NCBI RefSeq assembly: GCF_006345805.1
Contig: NW_021836604.1
Location: forward strand, 1-23,627
Source of the DNA: Octopus sinensis
Lineage: Eukaryota
Length of the DNA: 23,627 nt
Reading direction: 5' to 3'
Shown: piece after piece, positions 9,367-21,090 of the stretch
How the letters are laid out: each line of letters starts with the position of its first letter
How positions within the stretch are numbered: the stretch's first letter is position 1
Made by a program: the position numbers and the translations under genes
Notes under the pieces: generated by a model
What the model saw: the letters and a program-made list of their open reading frames with translations, nothing else
What the model was told of the DNA's origin: nothing
The model's database searches: none

Positions 9367-9368
<2 letters not shown>
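9135..9368 (-). mobile_element. Penelope pLTR-like fragment with a degenerate hammerhead-like motif
   Basis: Minus strand 9289-9255: GTTT-CCTACGA-A-GAGC TCC GCTC-GAAACGTT-AAAT, followed by a T-rich tail; flanked by (TA)n. Confidence 0.5.
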
Positions 9369-9404
<36 letters not shown>

Positions 9405-9406
<2 letters not shown>

Positions 9407-9642
9407 AAGGGTTGGCCAAAAGTCACCTGAAAGTAAACCAAGTCCATTTAATTCCAAAATTTATTGATGTTTAACAACTGAATGAATTTAATAAAAGCAT
9501 CTAAATGTGAAACATCATGAAAATTGTTCAAACTGAATTCCTTCTTGAGCGACACATTTTTTCCATTTGAGTCAATGCAGAATTACAGATAGTATTTATG
9601 GAATTTTGATGTACTGTCAGGTGACTTTTGGCCAAACTTGTC
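9405..9642. mobile_element. Tc1/mariner-type MITE
   Basis: Terminal inverted repeats TTGGCCAAAAGTCACCTGA(A/C)AGTA at 9412-9435 and 9612-9635 (23/24 match), TA dinucleotides on both flanks, non-coding AT-rich interior. Confidence 0.85.
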
Positions 9643-9811
9643 TACACACAACACACACACACACACACACAACACATAAATACGCACATGACAGAAGTAA
9701 ATAGACACTCATAAACCATGGATTTATGTTTATTCTAACTTGTTAAGGTTAATATTTTTTATTAAACGACATTTTTTTTTTGTTTCAGGTTCTCTATGTT
9801 ACTGTTTAATC

Positions 9812-10740
9812 ATGCCATGTACAAAAGAAGCATTGGAACTTTCTGAATTTCAAAGAGGCCGTATTGTGGGACATTCTGAAGGTGGACATAGTCAACGTAA
9901 AATCGAAGACCTTGGGATCTCGCTTTCCATAATTAATAGAGGGATTGTGCAAACCACCAGAGAGGAGAAGGAATCCACATTACTTCGCCCAGATCAACCA
10001 AGGCCCTCTGACAGGACTCTTCTCTTTGTTAAGAGAAGTATGGAGGATAATCCTCGTTGCAAGGCCTTTTACATAGCAGAACATGTTAATGTCAGTCTTA
10101 GAACAGCTGTCGGGTTTTTCCACAAACTTGGTTAGTATGGTAGAAGAGCAAGAAAGAAGCCACTTCTTCTACCAGCCAATATCAAAAAGGAGATTGGGCC
10201 AGTGAGATGGTAGAGAGGCCACTAGCATTTCGGAACACTGTCGTATTCTCTGATTAGTCCATATTTGCTGTATTTCCTGACAGTGGTCGAGTGGGGGTCT
10301 TGAGACTCTGTGATCAATAATTTGATGAGAACAGATTGCAGCCAATAATGAAATACGGCAGCTATTCTGTGATGGTCTGGGGAGCAATTTGGAGCAATGG
10401 TTCATCTGAGCTGGTGGAATGTGAGGGAAACATAAACTCAGATAAATGTATGTCTATATTGCAGAGAGGACTCTTTCCAATTTTCTTCAGTCGTGAAATG
10501 ATTAAAGAAGATGGGGCTCCTTGACACTCGGCTAAAAATACCCAAGGTTTGTTGGAAGAGAATGGCATCACAAAGCTTCCATGGTCAAGCCAGTCACTAG
10601 ATATGAGCTCTATTGAGCATCTCTGGGACATAATGGATAGGACACTTCATAAAAATAACAAGAAAGGATCTTCAAAACCAGATCTTTTGAGATTATTGCA
10701 TGAAACTTGACAAGAAATTCTACAAGAGAATTTTTGGACG
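9812..10740 (+). pseudogene. Tc1-family DD34E transposase pseudogene
   Basis: N-terminus [20 protein letters not shown]; RARKKPLL; VVFSD*S (D at 10252); SVMVWGAIW; EDGAP*H (D at 10510); WSSQSLDMSSIEHLWD (E at 10615). Exactly 34 codons lie between the second D and the E. Several stops and frameshifts. Confidence 0.93.
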
Positions 10741-10767
10741 GATTCAGTAGATGCTTGTATATAGATA

Positions 10768-11022
10768 ACTGTATGGTTAGAAGTTTGCTTCCAAACCCCA
10801 TGATTCTGGATTGAGTCCCACTGCGTGACACATTGGGGAAGTGCCTTCTGCTAAAGCCTCGAGGCAATTCTACTATAGCCTTGAGTGGATTTGACTGATG
10901 GAAACTGAAAGAAGCCCGTCGTGTATATATATGTATATATCTATGCATTTGTGTATGTTTTGGGTCCGTGTTTGTCTCCTCCCTCACTGCTTGACAACCA
11001 GTGCTGGTGTGTTTACGTCCCA
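10768..11022 (+). mobile_element. SINE family B (internal TA/TG microsatellite), truncated and diverged
   Basis: Aligns to 21091-21360: AGTCCCACTGCGTG..GGAAACTGAAAGAAGCCCGTCG(TA)n..GCTTGACAACC..GCTGGTGTGTTTACGTCCC. Confidence 0.85.
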
Positions 11023-11199
11023 GCGCTTTCACACACTCTCTCTCTCTACGTCTGTCTGCATTCATAGACAGAATTATCATCGCCACCATCACCACACAAC
11101 CATGAGAACAAATATCATGAATCAGATATTTATTGGGTTAATTTATATATATGTGTGTGTATGTGTGTGTTCTATATATAAATATGTATATTAAACTTT

Positions 11200-11435
11200 T
11201 TAATACTTTTTCATAGTTATATATATATATTTTTAAAAATTATAAATATAAATTAATAATTTTAATTTTAAATTTAAATAATTTAAATTTTGAAATTTTA
11301 TATTTTATATATTTTGTATATTATATATTTATTTTTATGTTTTCGTTTATGTTTTTCACTGTTTGATTTGCCTAATAGTGGTTTTATCTCTAATTAATTT
11401 ATATATATAATTTGTATACATTTGTATATATAATG

Positions 11436-11480
<45 letters not shown>

Positions 11481-11487
11481 ATATATA

Positions 11488-11519
<32 letters not shown>

Positions 11520-11540
11520 ATGCGTATATATATATATATA
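11200..11540. repeat. AT-rich low-complexity tract with (CA)n and (TA)n
   Basis: Direct reading. Confidence 0.9.
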
Positions 11541-12234
11541 ATGTGTGCATTATGTGGTCGGTTGTGCTGAAAATATGCACACCTATGTTAAAAGTGCTGG
11601 CGAGTTTGCATGGCAACTATTTTTTTCCTCAAATGAAAGGCGTGACCTCTAGGACAAAATTCCTCATCTTATAAAATGTGACCTGAGTAGACCCGAATGA
11701 GATCGGGTTATATTAACCAAAATGTGAAAAGAGGTCTAAATGGGGCTTGAAGGGGATTAAAATTTACAGGAGCGGGTGATTAGGAATTCTCTGTTACATG
11801 AAGCTAAAAAATTTGCGCCAGCCTTTAAATCGTCAATGTGTTGCCGTCGATGATGAAGACGTTTTGAATGCTTGCTATGGTGAGTCTACTGTCGTGAGAA
11901 AGAATCACTTCAAAGCTTGGTGTTTAGGAATTTTCTTTTACATCAAGTTCAAAATTTTACGCCAGCCGTTAAACTGCCACTATGTTACTGTTCGTCGTTA
12001 AGAAATGCCAGCCATGGTGACTCTACTATCCTCAGATTCTATCCTTTCAGACTTTGGTTTCCAATATTTTTTTAATTTTTATTCAACTCGCAAGTTCGTC
12101 TGTCCCTTTTAAATGTTAGTGTTTTGCTTTCTGCCTTGAAGCAGACCTTTCCGTTGTCACTGCCTGATATTTATGATTGATCTTTCAAACTACTTTCTTT
12201 CTCAACTTACTAAAGATATTTTGTTGTTTATAAA

Positions 12235-12354
12235 TGAGAGAGAGATAGATAGAGAAAGATAGAGTAAGAGAAAGCGAGAGAAAGTCCGAGAGAAAGGAAG
12301 AGTAAGAGAGTGGGAAAGGGAGAGAGAAAGGAGAGAGAAACAAAGAGGGAGAAT
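12235..12354. repeat. GA-rich polypurine tract
   Basis: Direct reading. Confidence 0.9.
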
Positions 12355-12676
12355 CATCATCATCATCATCATCATCGTTTAACGTCCGTTTTCCGTGCTA
12401 GCACGGTTTGGACGGTTTGACCGGAGTCTGGGAAGCCAGGAGGCTGCACCAGGCTCCAGTCTGATCTGACTGTTTCTACAGCTGGATGCCCTTCCTAACG
12501 CCAACCACTCCGTGATTGTAGTGGGTGCTTTTTTCGTGCCACCAGCACAGGTGCCACGGGGGGAGGAGCACTGGCAGCGGCCACGATCGGTTGGTGCTTT
12601 TTACGTGCCACCGGCACAGAAGCCAGTCAAGGCGGAGCTGCCATCGGCCACGTTCGGATGGTGCTTTTTACGTGCC
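12355..12676 (-). mobile_element. SINE-like element family C, 3' part with (GAT)n tail and internal subrepeats
   Basis: Minus strand ends ..GGACGTTAAAC(GAT)n; contains GGCGTTAGGAAGGGCATCCAGC; three GGTGCTTTTT(A/T)CGTGCC subrepeats. An RTE-type tail is my recollection and is unverified. Confidence 0.7.
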
Positions 12677-12760
12677 GAAAGGATGCAACAGAAAATAACA
12701 ACCACACACTTACCCGCGCGTAGAGCGGGTCACCTTAAGCTAGTATATATATATATACAT

Positions 12761-13077
12761 ACCGGATTAAGGTGGGAAAAATAGGACTCAAATACCAGAA
12801 GTAGAGTAATATGCTTTACTTAAAAGCAGCAGAAATATCACAAAAACTTACTCAGAGTTTCACGTTCCCGTTCGTCGGACAGTTTTGTTAGAATGGAACA
12901 GAAATGACCATATAATCATACAAAACCATTTTCAAAGGTGTATCCTTTAAAGTAGTTTTTTTTTTGTTTTTGATCATATCGTTATTTCTGTTCCATTCTA
13001 ACAAAACTATCCGACGAAGTGGAACGTGAAACTCTGAGTAACAGTTTTTGTGATATTTCTATTGCTTTTAAGTAAAG
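12761..13077. mobile_element. Foldback pLTR-like element with hammerhead-like motifs (copy 2)
   Basis: Arms at 12814-12905 and 12984-13077; near-identical to 7067-7377. Confidence 0.7.
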
Positions 13078-13344
<267 letters not shown>

Positions 13345-13345
<1 letters not shown>

Positions 13346-13710
13346 CATATGTGTATTTAAAATTATCTGGTCTGTCCTTGTATCGATGTTGTCAATAAAA
13401 TGAGATACTGTGACGTGTTTATCTCCCTTGGATCCAATCCCAGTTTCCATTTCGAATCCCATGAGAATGATGAAGCATTTGAAAGGGCACCGGGTACTTT
13501 ATCATGCACTCAATAACAGCTCGAAGGCGGTGCTGAAATATGATCGAAGTACAACAAGTGAAGCCGATACAAAAATATATACGTCACATGGGTGAAGGAC
13601 CTGGAAATATCCTCCAAGGAATAGACTGGAAAAGAAACAGAGGCGCGCGGGCATACAAACACATTCACATGAATGTTTATTCTGTAACTAAGAAACGGTA
13701 TAAGCGTATG
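13345..13710 (+). repeat. Second copy of block 8111-8475
   Basis: Direct alignment by eye. Confidence 0.95.
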
Positions 13711-14313
13711 TATGTATGTATGTATGTATGTATGTATGTATGTATGTATGTATTATGTATGTATGTATGTATGTGTGTATGTGTGTGTGTATGTATGTAT
13801 GTATGTATGTATGTATGTATGTATATATGTGTGTGTGTATGTGTGTGTGTCTGTATGTATGTATGTATGTATGTATGTATGTATGTATGTATGTATGTGT
13901 GTATGTGTGTGTGTATGTATGTATGTATGTATGTATGTGTGTATGTATGTATGTATGTATGTATGTATGTATGTATGTATGTATGTACGTATGCATGTAT
14001 GTATGTATGTATGTACGTATGCATGTATGTATGTATGTATGTGCGTATGTATGCATATATGTATGTATATATGTATGTATGAATGTATGTATGTGTGTGT
14101 GTGTTTATGTATGTATGCATGCATATGTATGTATGTATATATATGTATGCATGTATGTATGCATGTATGCATGTATGTATGTATGTATGTATGTATGTAT
14201 TTATGTATGTATGTATGTATGTATACATGCATGTATGTATGTATGTTTGTATGTATGTATGTATGCATGCAAATGTATGTATGTATTATGTATGTATGTA
14301 TGTATAATGTATG

Positions 14314-14344
<31 letters not shown>

Positions 14345-14460
14345 TGTATGTATGTATTTATGTATGTATGTATGTATGTATGTATGTATTTATGTATGTA
14401 TTTATGTATGTATGTATGTATGTATGTATGTATTTATGTATGTATGTATGTATGTATTAC
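13711..14460. repeat. Long degenerate (TATG)n/(TG)n array
   Basis: Direct reading; source of the many MYVC/HTYI pseudo-ORFs. Confidence 0.98.
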
Positions 14461-14689
14461 ATACACACATTCTCTACCGCTGACTTATTCATTCTGATGA
14501 TGTCTACCATTGGCAACGAGGTAAAAATATAAACATATATTTTCCTCAGCAGAAACGATCGTAACCTCTCCTTCACTCTCACCTTTCTAAATTAATTAAA
14601 TAATGGCTTCCTAGAACAAAAGACACACTCATTGTTATTTTTCCTCCACTTTCTTTTCGTCTCTTTCTCTCTCTCCCTCCCTCTCTCTC

Positions 14690-14692
14690 ACA

Positions 14693-14757
<65 letters not shown>

Positions 14758-14840
14758 TATGTATGTATATGTATTATCTTTGTATGTATGTATGTATGTA
14801 TGTATGCATGTATGTATGTGTGTGATGTGTGTGTGTGTAT
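14690..14840. repeat. (TC)n(TA)n(TATG)n compound microsatellite
   Basis: Direct reading. Confidence 0.95.
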
Positions 14841-15803
14841 GTTATTTTTGTTACTCGTTTCAGTCCTTGGAGTATGGTAAATCTTCAGCGCCAGATTCAA
14901 GGTTTTTGTTTATAATATCGATGCCACGTATTCCACTACTTATCGATCGTGCATACTGTATCGAACTCTAATTGTCGAACCGCGCACGTAAGGATGCATT
15001 GCACATTATAAGCCCAGACGATCTCTCCTCACATCAATACACAGACACACACACACGCACACACATATACACACTCACACATAAACAAACATACGTATAC
15101 ACACATGAAGTCATGTGTATATAGGGTTCTCTTGTAGAGCTTCTCTCTGCAAGATTGCGCTCACACGCTAAACATGATGCCCCAGTTATAGTCGATGTCT
15201 GCTGCCCAATGTGACGTTCACCCGTGTCAAACCTGAAATCACAGTTTTACGAAATGAACCTCTGATCTATACAGTCACGTCTGTGTGTCTATCTCGAGGA
15301 CAAAAAAATAAGAACCCACAGTATGGTAGAAGCCATAGCCACTCATAATAAAAAGGAGTACTGGTGGAATGTCCCAGCGAAGACCTCGATAAAGTGTAAG
15401 CAAAACAGACTTGATATAATGATGTTAATTACCAGTTAAAGGAGTAAGATGCTAATAAAACGTAGGATGTTATACAGAGGAAATTTTATCTTGGGGCAGT
15501 TTGGGTAATTGTTTATAAACAATATTATTATATTGTATAAAAATAAAATTTAAGGTTTTCAAAAATATCATAACTAAAATAGGTAAAATGTGTGTATATA
15601 TCAATTATAAACATAAAAAAGGAAAGATTACATAGAATCAGTTTAATATTCATTCATGATTTTATTCATCTTACTTCGAGCTGTGTGTGTGTGTATGTCT
15701 GTATATGTGTACAGGTGCGTGTGTATCTCTGTGAGTGCGAGCATGTGTAAGTATGTGTGCATGCGTGTATGTACATCTATATCTTTTTATCTATCTATAT
15801 ATC

Positions 15804-15841
15804 AGGCGTAAGAGTGGCTCTGTGGTAAATAACTTGCTTAC
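15804..15841 (+). mobile_element. SINE family B head (detached)
   Basis: AGGCGTAAGAGTGGCTCTGTGGTAAATAACTTGCTTAC aligns with the intact heads at 21091 and 23182 and stops abruptly. Confidence 0.8.
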
Positions 15842-16028
15842 TTTTGAACGATGTAGTTAATGTTTTATCGTGCTGGTAGGAAATTAATACTGTTTTGTTG
15901 GATTTCTGTTTGATTGTTGAAATTACCTGTTTTGTTTACTTATAACCATTGTTATTGTTGGACTCTGTGTTACTATTTTCCGGTTTTACCGGGGAATAGA
16001 AATTGTTAATTGATGTTTGCTCGGCCAT
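15842..16028 (-). pseudogene. Probable inverted ORF1 N-terminus
   Basis: Minus strand GCCACAATGG then MAEQTSINNFYSPVKPENSNTESNNNNGYK*TKQVISTIKQKSNKTVLISYQHDKTLTTSFK: 62 codons with one stop. No recognisable domain. Confidence 0.45.
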
Positions 16029-16261
16029 TGTGGCAATAATTTTTACGAACATTTAAAAATGTTGTTGAAATGTGTTTAGTCCTTTTAGACTTATTTTGTG
16101 ACCCTCCCCTTAACGAGGGTTGGATTTGAACTGTTGTGAGGGAGAAAAAGTTATAGGTTTCCCAATTTTTGAAAAACCATTTTATTTAATTTTTGTAATT
16201 GGTTGTTTTGTAATTTCGACCAAATAATGTCGGTCGAAATAATTCACGAGAAGTGTGCTCT

Positions 16262-16717
16262 CGCAGAGAGTAATACAGGAAAAAATTGAAACAGTTAAAA
16301 ACAAAAATACCCACCCCCTTAAATTTATTGGCACCGAAAGGAAAAAGTGTAACTCCCTCGGACGACACCATGGAGGTGGCAGAGTAGGGGTATACTTTTG
16401 TTGCGCTGAAGAGAACACATGCACCATCCCCATCCGTATCCCCTACAAAAAGTGACAAAGATTTAGCACCACAGACAGAAAAAAAGACCCCGCCCAATTG
16501 TCTCAGAAGAAAAAAAGAAAAACTGGTGCTAGTCGAGTTCGATACTCGACATCAATACACAAACGACATTGTGGCATCAGACCACACGACAAAACTGTAT
16601 GATATGCGTAAGGACCTCAAAGAGAGATGTGCCTGGACACGGGAAACCTTAGACAGGCAACTAAGGCAAATGCATCCATGGCCATTTGGAAGATTCTGGA
16701 TTTACCAAACTATCTAA
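16262..16717 (+). pseudogene. Probable ORF1 C-terminal remnant
   Basis: One frame with two stops: YRKKLKQLKTKIPTP..DDTMEVAE*GYTFVALKRTHAPSPSVSPTK..HPWPFGRFWIYQTI*. K/P/S-rich and directly upstream of ORF2. Confidence 0.5.
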
Positions 16718-16810
16718 ACAAGAAGGAGGAGGGAGGGAGGGGCTAACGAGCGTGTGGTGAGGTCAGCCCCAACGTCACCCGTAAAGAGTAAGTAGAACTT
16801 TTGCTTTTTA

Positions 16811-19800
16811 ATGATTGCTCTTAACATTGGGTGTTTGAATGTACGTGGTCTGAGCTCGAAGTGGAAGCAAGCTTGTTTCCTGGACGACCTCAGATCACAC
16901 GATATACATGTAATGGTTGCTACAGAGACCAAGCTGGACAATCTACAAACCTTCTCGCGCTCCTCAATGGCTATGAGAAAATCATGTCTCTGTATGCCAG
17001 ACCGGAGGACGAGGGTATTGATCCGCAAAGACTTGGATCTGCAGACAAGTACGATCAATGTAGACCCTGAAGGTGGGCTGGTCGTCCTTGATGTGATATA
17101 CAGCAGTAAGGCCTTCAGGGTGATTGGACTCTATGCACCTTGTACTACAGGATTTCAAAATGATTTTTATCGGTGCGTAGAGAATTTTCTCGTGACGTCG
17201 AAGACATTAGTGGTCTTAGGAGACTATAACGCTATCGTTAACGCTCACATCGATAGCGTTGGCTCGATCTATAGGAAAGTGAACCCACGTCTCGTAGATC
17301 TGCTTAAGCGTTTTCAGGTAGCGGATCGTTACAGACTTGACCATCTGAGCGTCCCAGAGTGAACCTGGATTAGCAGCGACGAAAGGTTTAAGTCTTACTT
17401 AGATAGGATAGTGATAAGAACTAGTGGTAAGCCTTGTTTTAGCTGTCCACAGCTTGTCCAAGTAGCTTACACTGACCATAGAATTGTTAAGTGTAGACTG
17501 GACATAGATAGTAGAGTTAAGAGAAGATCCGGCTACTGGAAGCTGAACAAGTCTATTTTGACTTGCAAGGCATACCGTAGCTGGATTAAGGAATTAGTAC
17601 AGAGGGCGTTAACCGGTGCGGTGGTTAATAACCGGTGGTGGTGCGCCCTGAAGGGAGCCATCCGTTTTGATTCTATTTGGTTTAACTATCAGCTAAGACT
17701 AGATAAGGCTTGAATAGAAGGGCAGCTTGCTAAGGACCTAGAGGAGGCGTTGAGATTGGGTTCTGCATATCACATTTTGACAGCGAGAACGGCCCTGGAA
17801 CGTCATCTCAAAGCCAAATATGAGGGGGGCAGAATTCAGGCTAAAGTGCGTGCATTTTGAGGGAATTAATGTTGCCGGATGGGCCCGGATGGGCCCGAAT
17901 GGTAGAAACCCAGCGTGGCAATAATGTAACAATTAGTTCTCTCGTTGATGACAATGGGTGTTCGGTCGATGGACAGGACGAGATGTGTGAGGTGCTTCAC
18001 AAGCACTTTGCCAAGTTATTCTGGAGGGGAGGGGCGCTGGTGCGGCGCTCAGGAACTTCCTCTCTGGTGGTCCGCGTCTCTCGGCGCGAGAGGCTGAGTG
18101 CTATGAAGAGCCAATCACAGCCGAGGAGGTGATCGGGGTACTGGGCGAATGCCCCGGGTCTCGATGTTCTACCCTATGAATTTTACAAAAGTATGCCAGA
18201 CTTGTTCGGGCACCTGCTAGCCAGCGGCTACGCAAATTGGCAGCAGAACGCGAGAATTCCCAAGTCTGCGAGCCGAGTGGTGGTGACGTTGATGAGGAAG
18301 TTCCCGAGCAAGGGGGATGAAATAGGGAATTTCATGTCCATAACTCTGTTGAACACAGAGTTAAAGATTTTGACTAAGGTGCTAGCGAAAAAGTTGGTGC
18401 GGGTCGTGGACAGACTTGTAGAGGAAGCGCAAATGTGCTCCATCCCGGGCAGGACGATCCACGACAATCTCCACCTTATACGCTACTCCTTAGAGAGGGT
18501 AGGGAAACTTTCTGGCGCAGTGGGGGGGACACAGGTACATTTAGACCAGTCTAAAGCATTTGATAGGGTCGACGATCGGTACCTGGTGGCGGTCCTCGAG
18601 AAGGCTGGCCTGGGCCCGACCTTCCGCGGTTGGATAGCTGCGTTGTACAGCGACATCGAGTCTGTCATAAAAGTGAATGGCTTCCTTTCGAAACCATTCA
18701 GTATCGAGCACTCAGTGCGTCAGGGTGTCCCCTGTCTCCGCTTTTGCATGTGTTGGCTCTCGAGCCATTACTGCGGAAGTTGGAGGCGCTAGGGGGAGCG
18801 CTACATGATTTATGGTGTAAAAGAGGAGCTACGGCGCATGCGGGTGACATCTCTGTCATCGTGACAGATGAGGGCCAGCTTCCAGTGGTGGAAGAGGCTA
18901 TCAAATGTTATGAGGCAGTGGCAGGAGCAAAGGTTAACAAGGACAAGTCGGTCGGATTGCAACTCGACACCTGGAGGGGCAAACCGATGCTGTCCAATAA
19001 CGCCGTGGGACGTCGGACGGAAGGTCCTGTTAAGCTACTTGGTGTCTGGTTTGGGCCAGGCCTCCAGATAGAGAAAGATTGGAGTGAGGTAGCCAGCAAG
19101 GTGACTGCTCTAACCCAGACCTGGTCTGGGCGGGGTTGTCCTTGCTGGGAAAGGCGGAGGTGGTGCAGATGTTTATAGCGTCGGTTCTAACATACCCTCT
19201 GACCGTGGTGCCTTGCCCCGATTTGTGGCTTAACAAGTTGGAGAGAATCCTTTTCCGCTTTTTGTGGAAAGGAAGAAAGCCACTTGTGAAGCACACTGTC
19301 TGCTGCCAGAAACCGCTAAAGGGTCGGCTAGGAATGCCTTCGCTGAGGATGCGAAAACTTGTGTTCAGGTTGAGACACCTCTGGCTTTACCTGGATGGAG
19401 AGCAGGTGTGCTCACCGCACATCCGGTTCTACCGTCTACAGTTAACGTCCTTAACATTGGTAAATGGATCAAGCAGATACCTAGGCTGGTTAACTGGCAA
19501 TTGGAGTGCCGTCAGACACTTCAGCTACTCTCTCGGGCGGGCAATGACGGCAATAGGAGTTCCACCGCGGATTTTTGTAGCGGGTTAGTGGAATTTATGT
19601 CTGAAGACGCCTTGGGGGAAACCTTGGGCTACGATGAAAATCAGTTGATAGACCTGTTCAGGAGAACTTTCGGGCCTGGGTACCTGGATAATTACCAGAA
19701 ATCTCTGGCTTGGCAGCGCTTCCGTGCGGCATTACCTGTTCATGATAAACTGTCAATGCATGGAAGTGCCGTCTCGCCGACATGTCCGAGGTGCGGGCGG

Positions 19801-20274
19801 GGTATGGAAACCGTCTTGCACGCATTTGTGGAGTGTCCGGAATTAACGGGACTGATAGCTTTCACAGAACAACTGTTGTCATCGATGGGAAAAGTACAGC
19901 TATCAGCTGAGTCTGTCATCGAGATTGTGCCGCCTCCTGGCCTTAACAGGGAAGGGAAGGCTTGCTTTTTCTGCGTAGTAGCCATACTGAAAGAAACAGT
20001 ATGGAAGATACGTGTGAGAGGCATAGTGTCGGGTACCTTTGTATCCGGCCAGGGGTTGGTTAATATTTTTAGTTACCACCTCAGTAGTAAGATCAGGCTG
20101 GAAAAGAGGTACATGTCACGAGAAAGAATCATGAAAAGATGGAAGCCTGAGGTAGGGAAGCTGGGAGCGATTGGCACCAGGAAAGTGAAGTCTAGAAAAG
20201 AAGGGAAAGGAGAGAGCAAAGGTTCTACCCTGGTGGTCGGATGCCTTTCCTTCAAGGGAGTCATTGCAATCTAA
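16811..20274 (+). pseudogene. LINE ORF2: APE endonuclease, reverse transcriptase and CCHC finger, disrupted
   Basis: APE: LNVRGL, ATETK, IGLYAP, VLGDYN, SYLDRI, YTDH, GYWKLNKSIL. RT: PGLDVLPYEFYK, SITLLNTELKILTKVL, LDQSKAFDRV, VRQG/PLSPLL, with YADD decayed to HAGD at 18837-18848. Finger: CPRC..ETVLHAFVEC at 19783-19836. Stops at 17360 and 17711 and several frameshifts. Confidence 0.96.
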
Positions 20275-20310
20275 CGTAATTAGTATTATAGTAACTCGTA
20301 ACTTGTAAAG

Positions 20311-20315
20311 TATAT

Positions 20316-20366
<51 letters not shown>

Positions 20367-20373
20367 TATATAT

Positions 20374-20420
<47 letters not shown>

Positions 20421-20467
20421 TATATATTAATATATATACACATATATATATATATATAATATTATAT

Positions 20468-20505
<38 letters not shown>

Positions 20506-20547
20506 GATATATATATACATATATATATATATACATATATATATATA
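20311..20547. repeat. (TA)n/(TG)n array inside the LINE 3' UTR
   Basis: Direct reading. Confidence 0.95.
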
Positions 20548-20740
20548 ATAACCAAGAAAAAAGTAACAAGAATGGATTAGTAGTTTAGTATTATTTCATA
20601 CTAAGAGCAATTTTATTTGAAACTACTGATCCATTCTTGTTGCTTTTTTCTTGGTTATAATCACCCCACATTTTTTTATAGTTAATACCATAAAGAATTC
20701 TGGTGCATCTAAGTTAAGTACCATATTCATTTGAATTCAT
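20548..20740 (+). mobile_element. Short foldback element nested in the LINE 3' UTR
   Basis: 39-nt inverted arms at 20548-20586 and 20620-20658 (2 mismatches), plus a tail homologous to 7770-7850. Confidence 0.65.
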
Positions 20741-20930
20741 TGGAATTCACTTGAATCTTAATTGTTTTTACTGTATATATATATATTTGTAAACTTATAA
20801 ATTGTAAATTGTAATTTTAAAAACTTTTACTTATCAGCAGAAATTTTAAAACGGCAGCTACTTCATTTTATGTTTCTCTGTCTTTGTTCGTCCTCTTTTG
20901 TACTGCCTCTATAGCAAATTTGATGAAATA

Positions 20931-21080
20931 AAGTAGCTTGCTTATCAACCACATGATTCCGGGCTCAGTCAGACTGCGTGGCACCTTGAGCAAGTGTCTT
21001 CTAATATAGCTTCCGGCCGACCAAAATCTTGTAAGTCGGTTTCGTAGACGGAAACTGAAAGCAGCCCGTCGTATATATAC
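20931..21080 (+). mobile_element. SINE family B body lacking its head (continuation of 15804-15841)
   Basis: Begins AAGTAGCTTGCTTATCAACCACATG, i.e. where the detached head ends. Confidence 0.85.
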
Positions 21081-21090
21081 GTATATATAT

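Larger units (their letters stand above)
15842..20932 (+). mobile_element. L1-clade (Tx1-like) LINE, near full length, decayed, with probable 5' inversion
   Basis: ORF1-like and ORF2 remnants; T-rich 3' UTR ending in AATAAA at 20927-20932; flanked by two halves of one SINE with a degenerate 15-bp direct repeat. Confidence 0.8.

Noticed and set aside
11807-11991. Imperfect 41-nt direct repeat (31/41) and a 67-aa ORF faintly like a mariner N-terminus
   Set aside because: Too degenerate; no catalytic motif or TIR to support a call.
13410-13595. ORFs and a polypyrimidine-AG acceptor in the duplicated 365-bp block
   Set aside because: No recognisable domain, stops in the candidate frames, no matching donor, and frame-breaking indels between the copies.
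13540-14483. Long ORFs of MYVC/HTYI repeats (also near 5898-6560 and 8354-8890)
   Set aside because: Translations of TATG/TA/GATA microsatellites; no coding signal.
14840-14882. Possible 13-nt micro-exon (TTTCAG|TCCTTGGAGTATG|GTAAAT)
   Set aside because: Splice-like signals alone are common in AT-rich DNA; no gene context.
16811-20274. Active LINE with sequencing-error frameshifts
   Set aside because: Besides indels there are in-frame stops and YADD is replaced by HAGD, indicating real decay.
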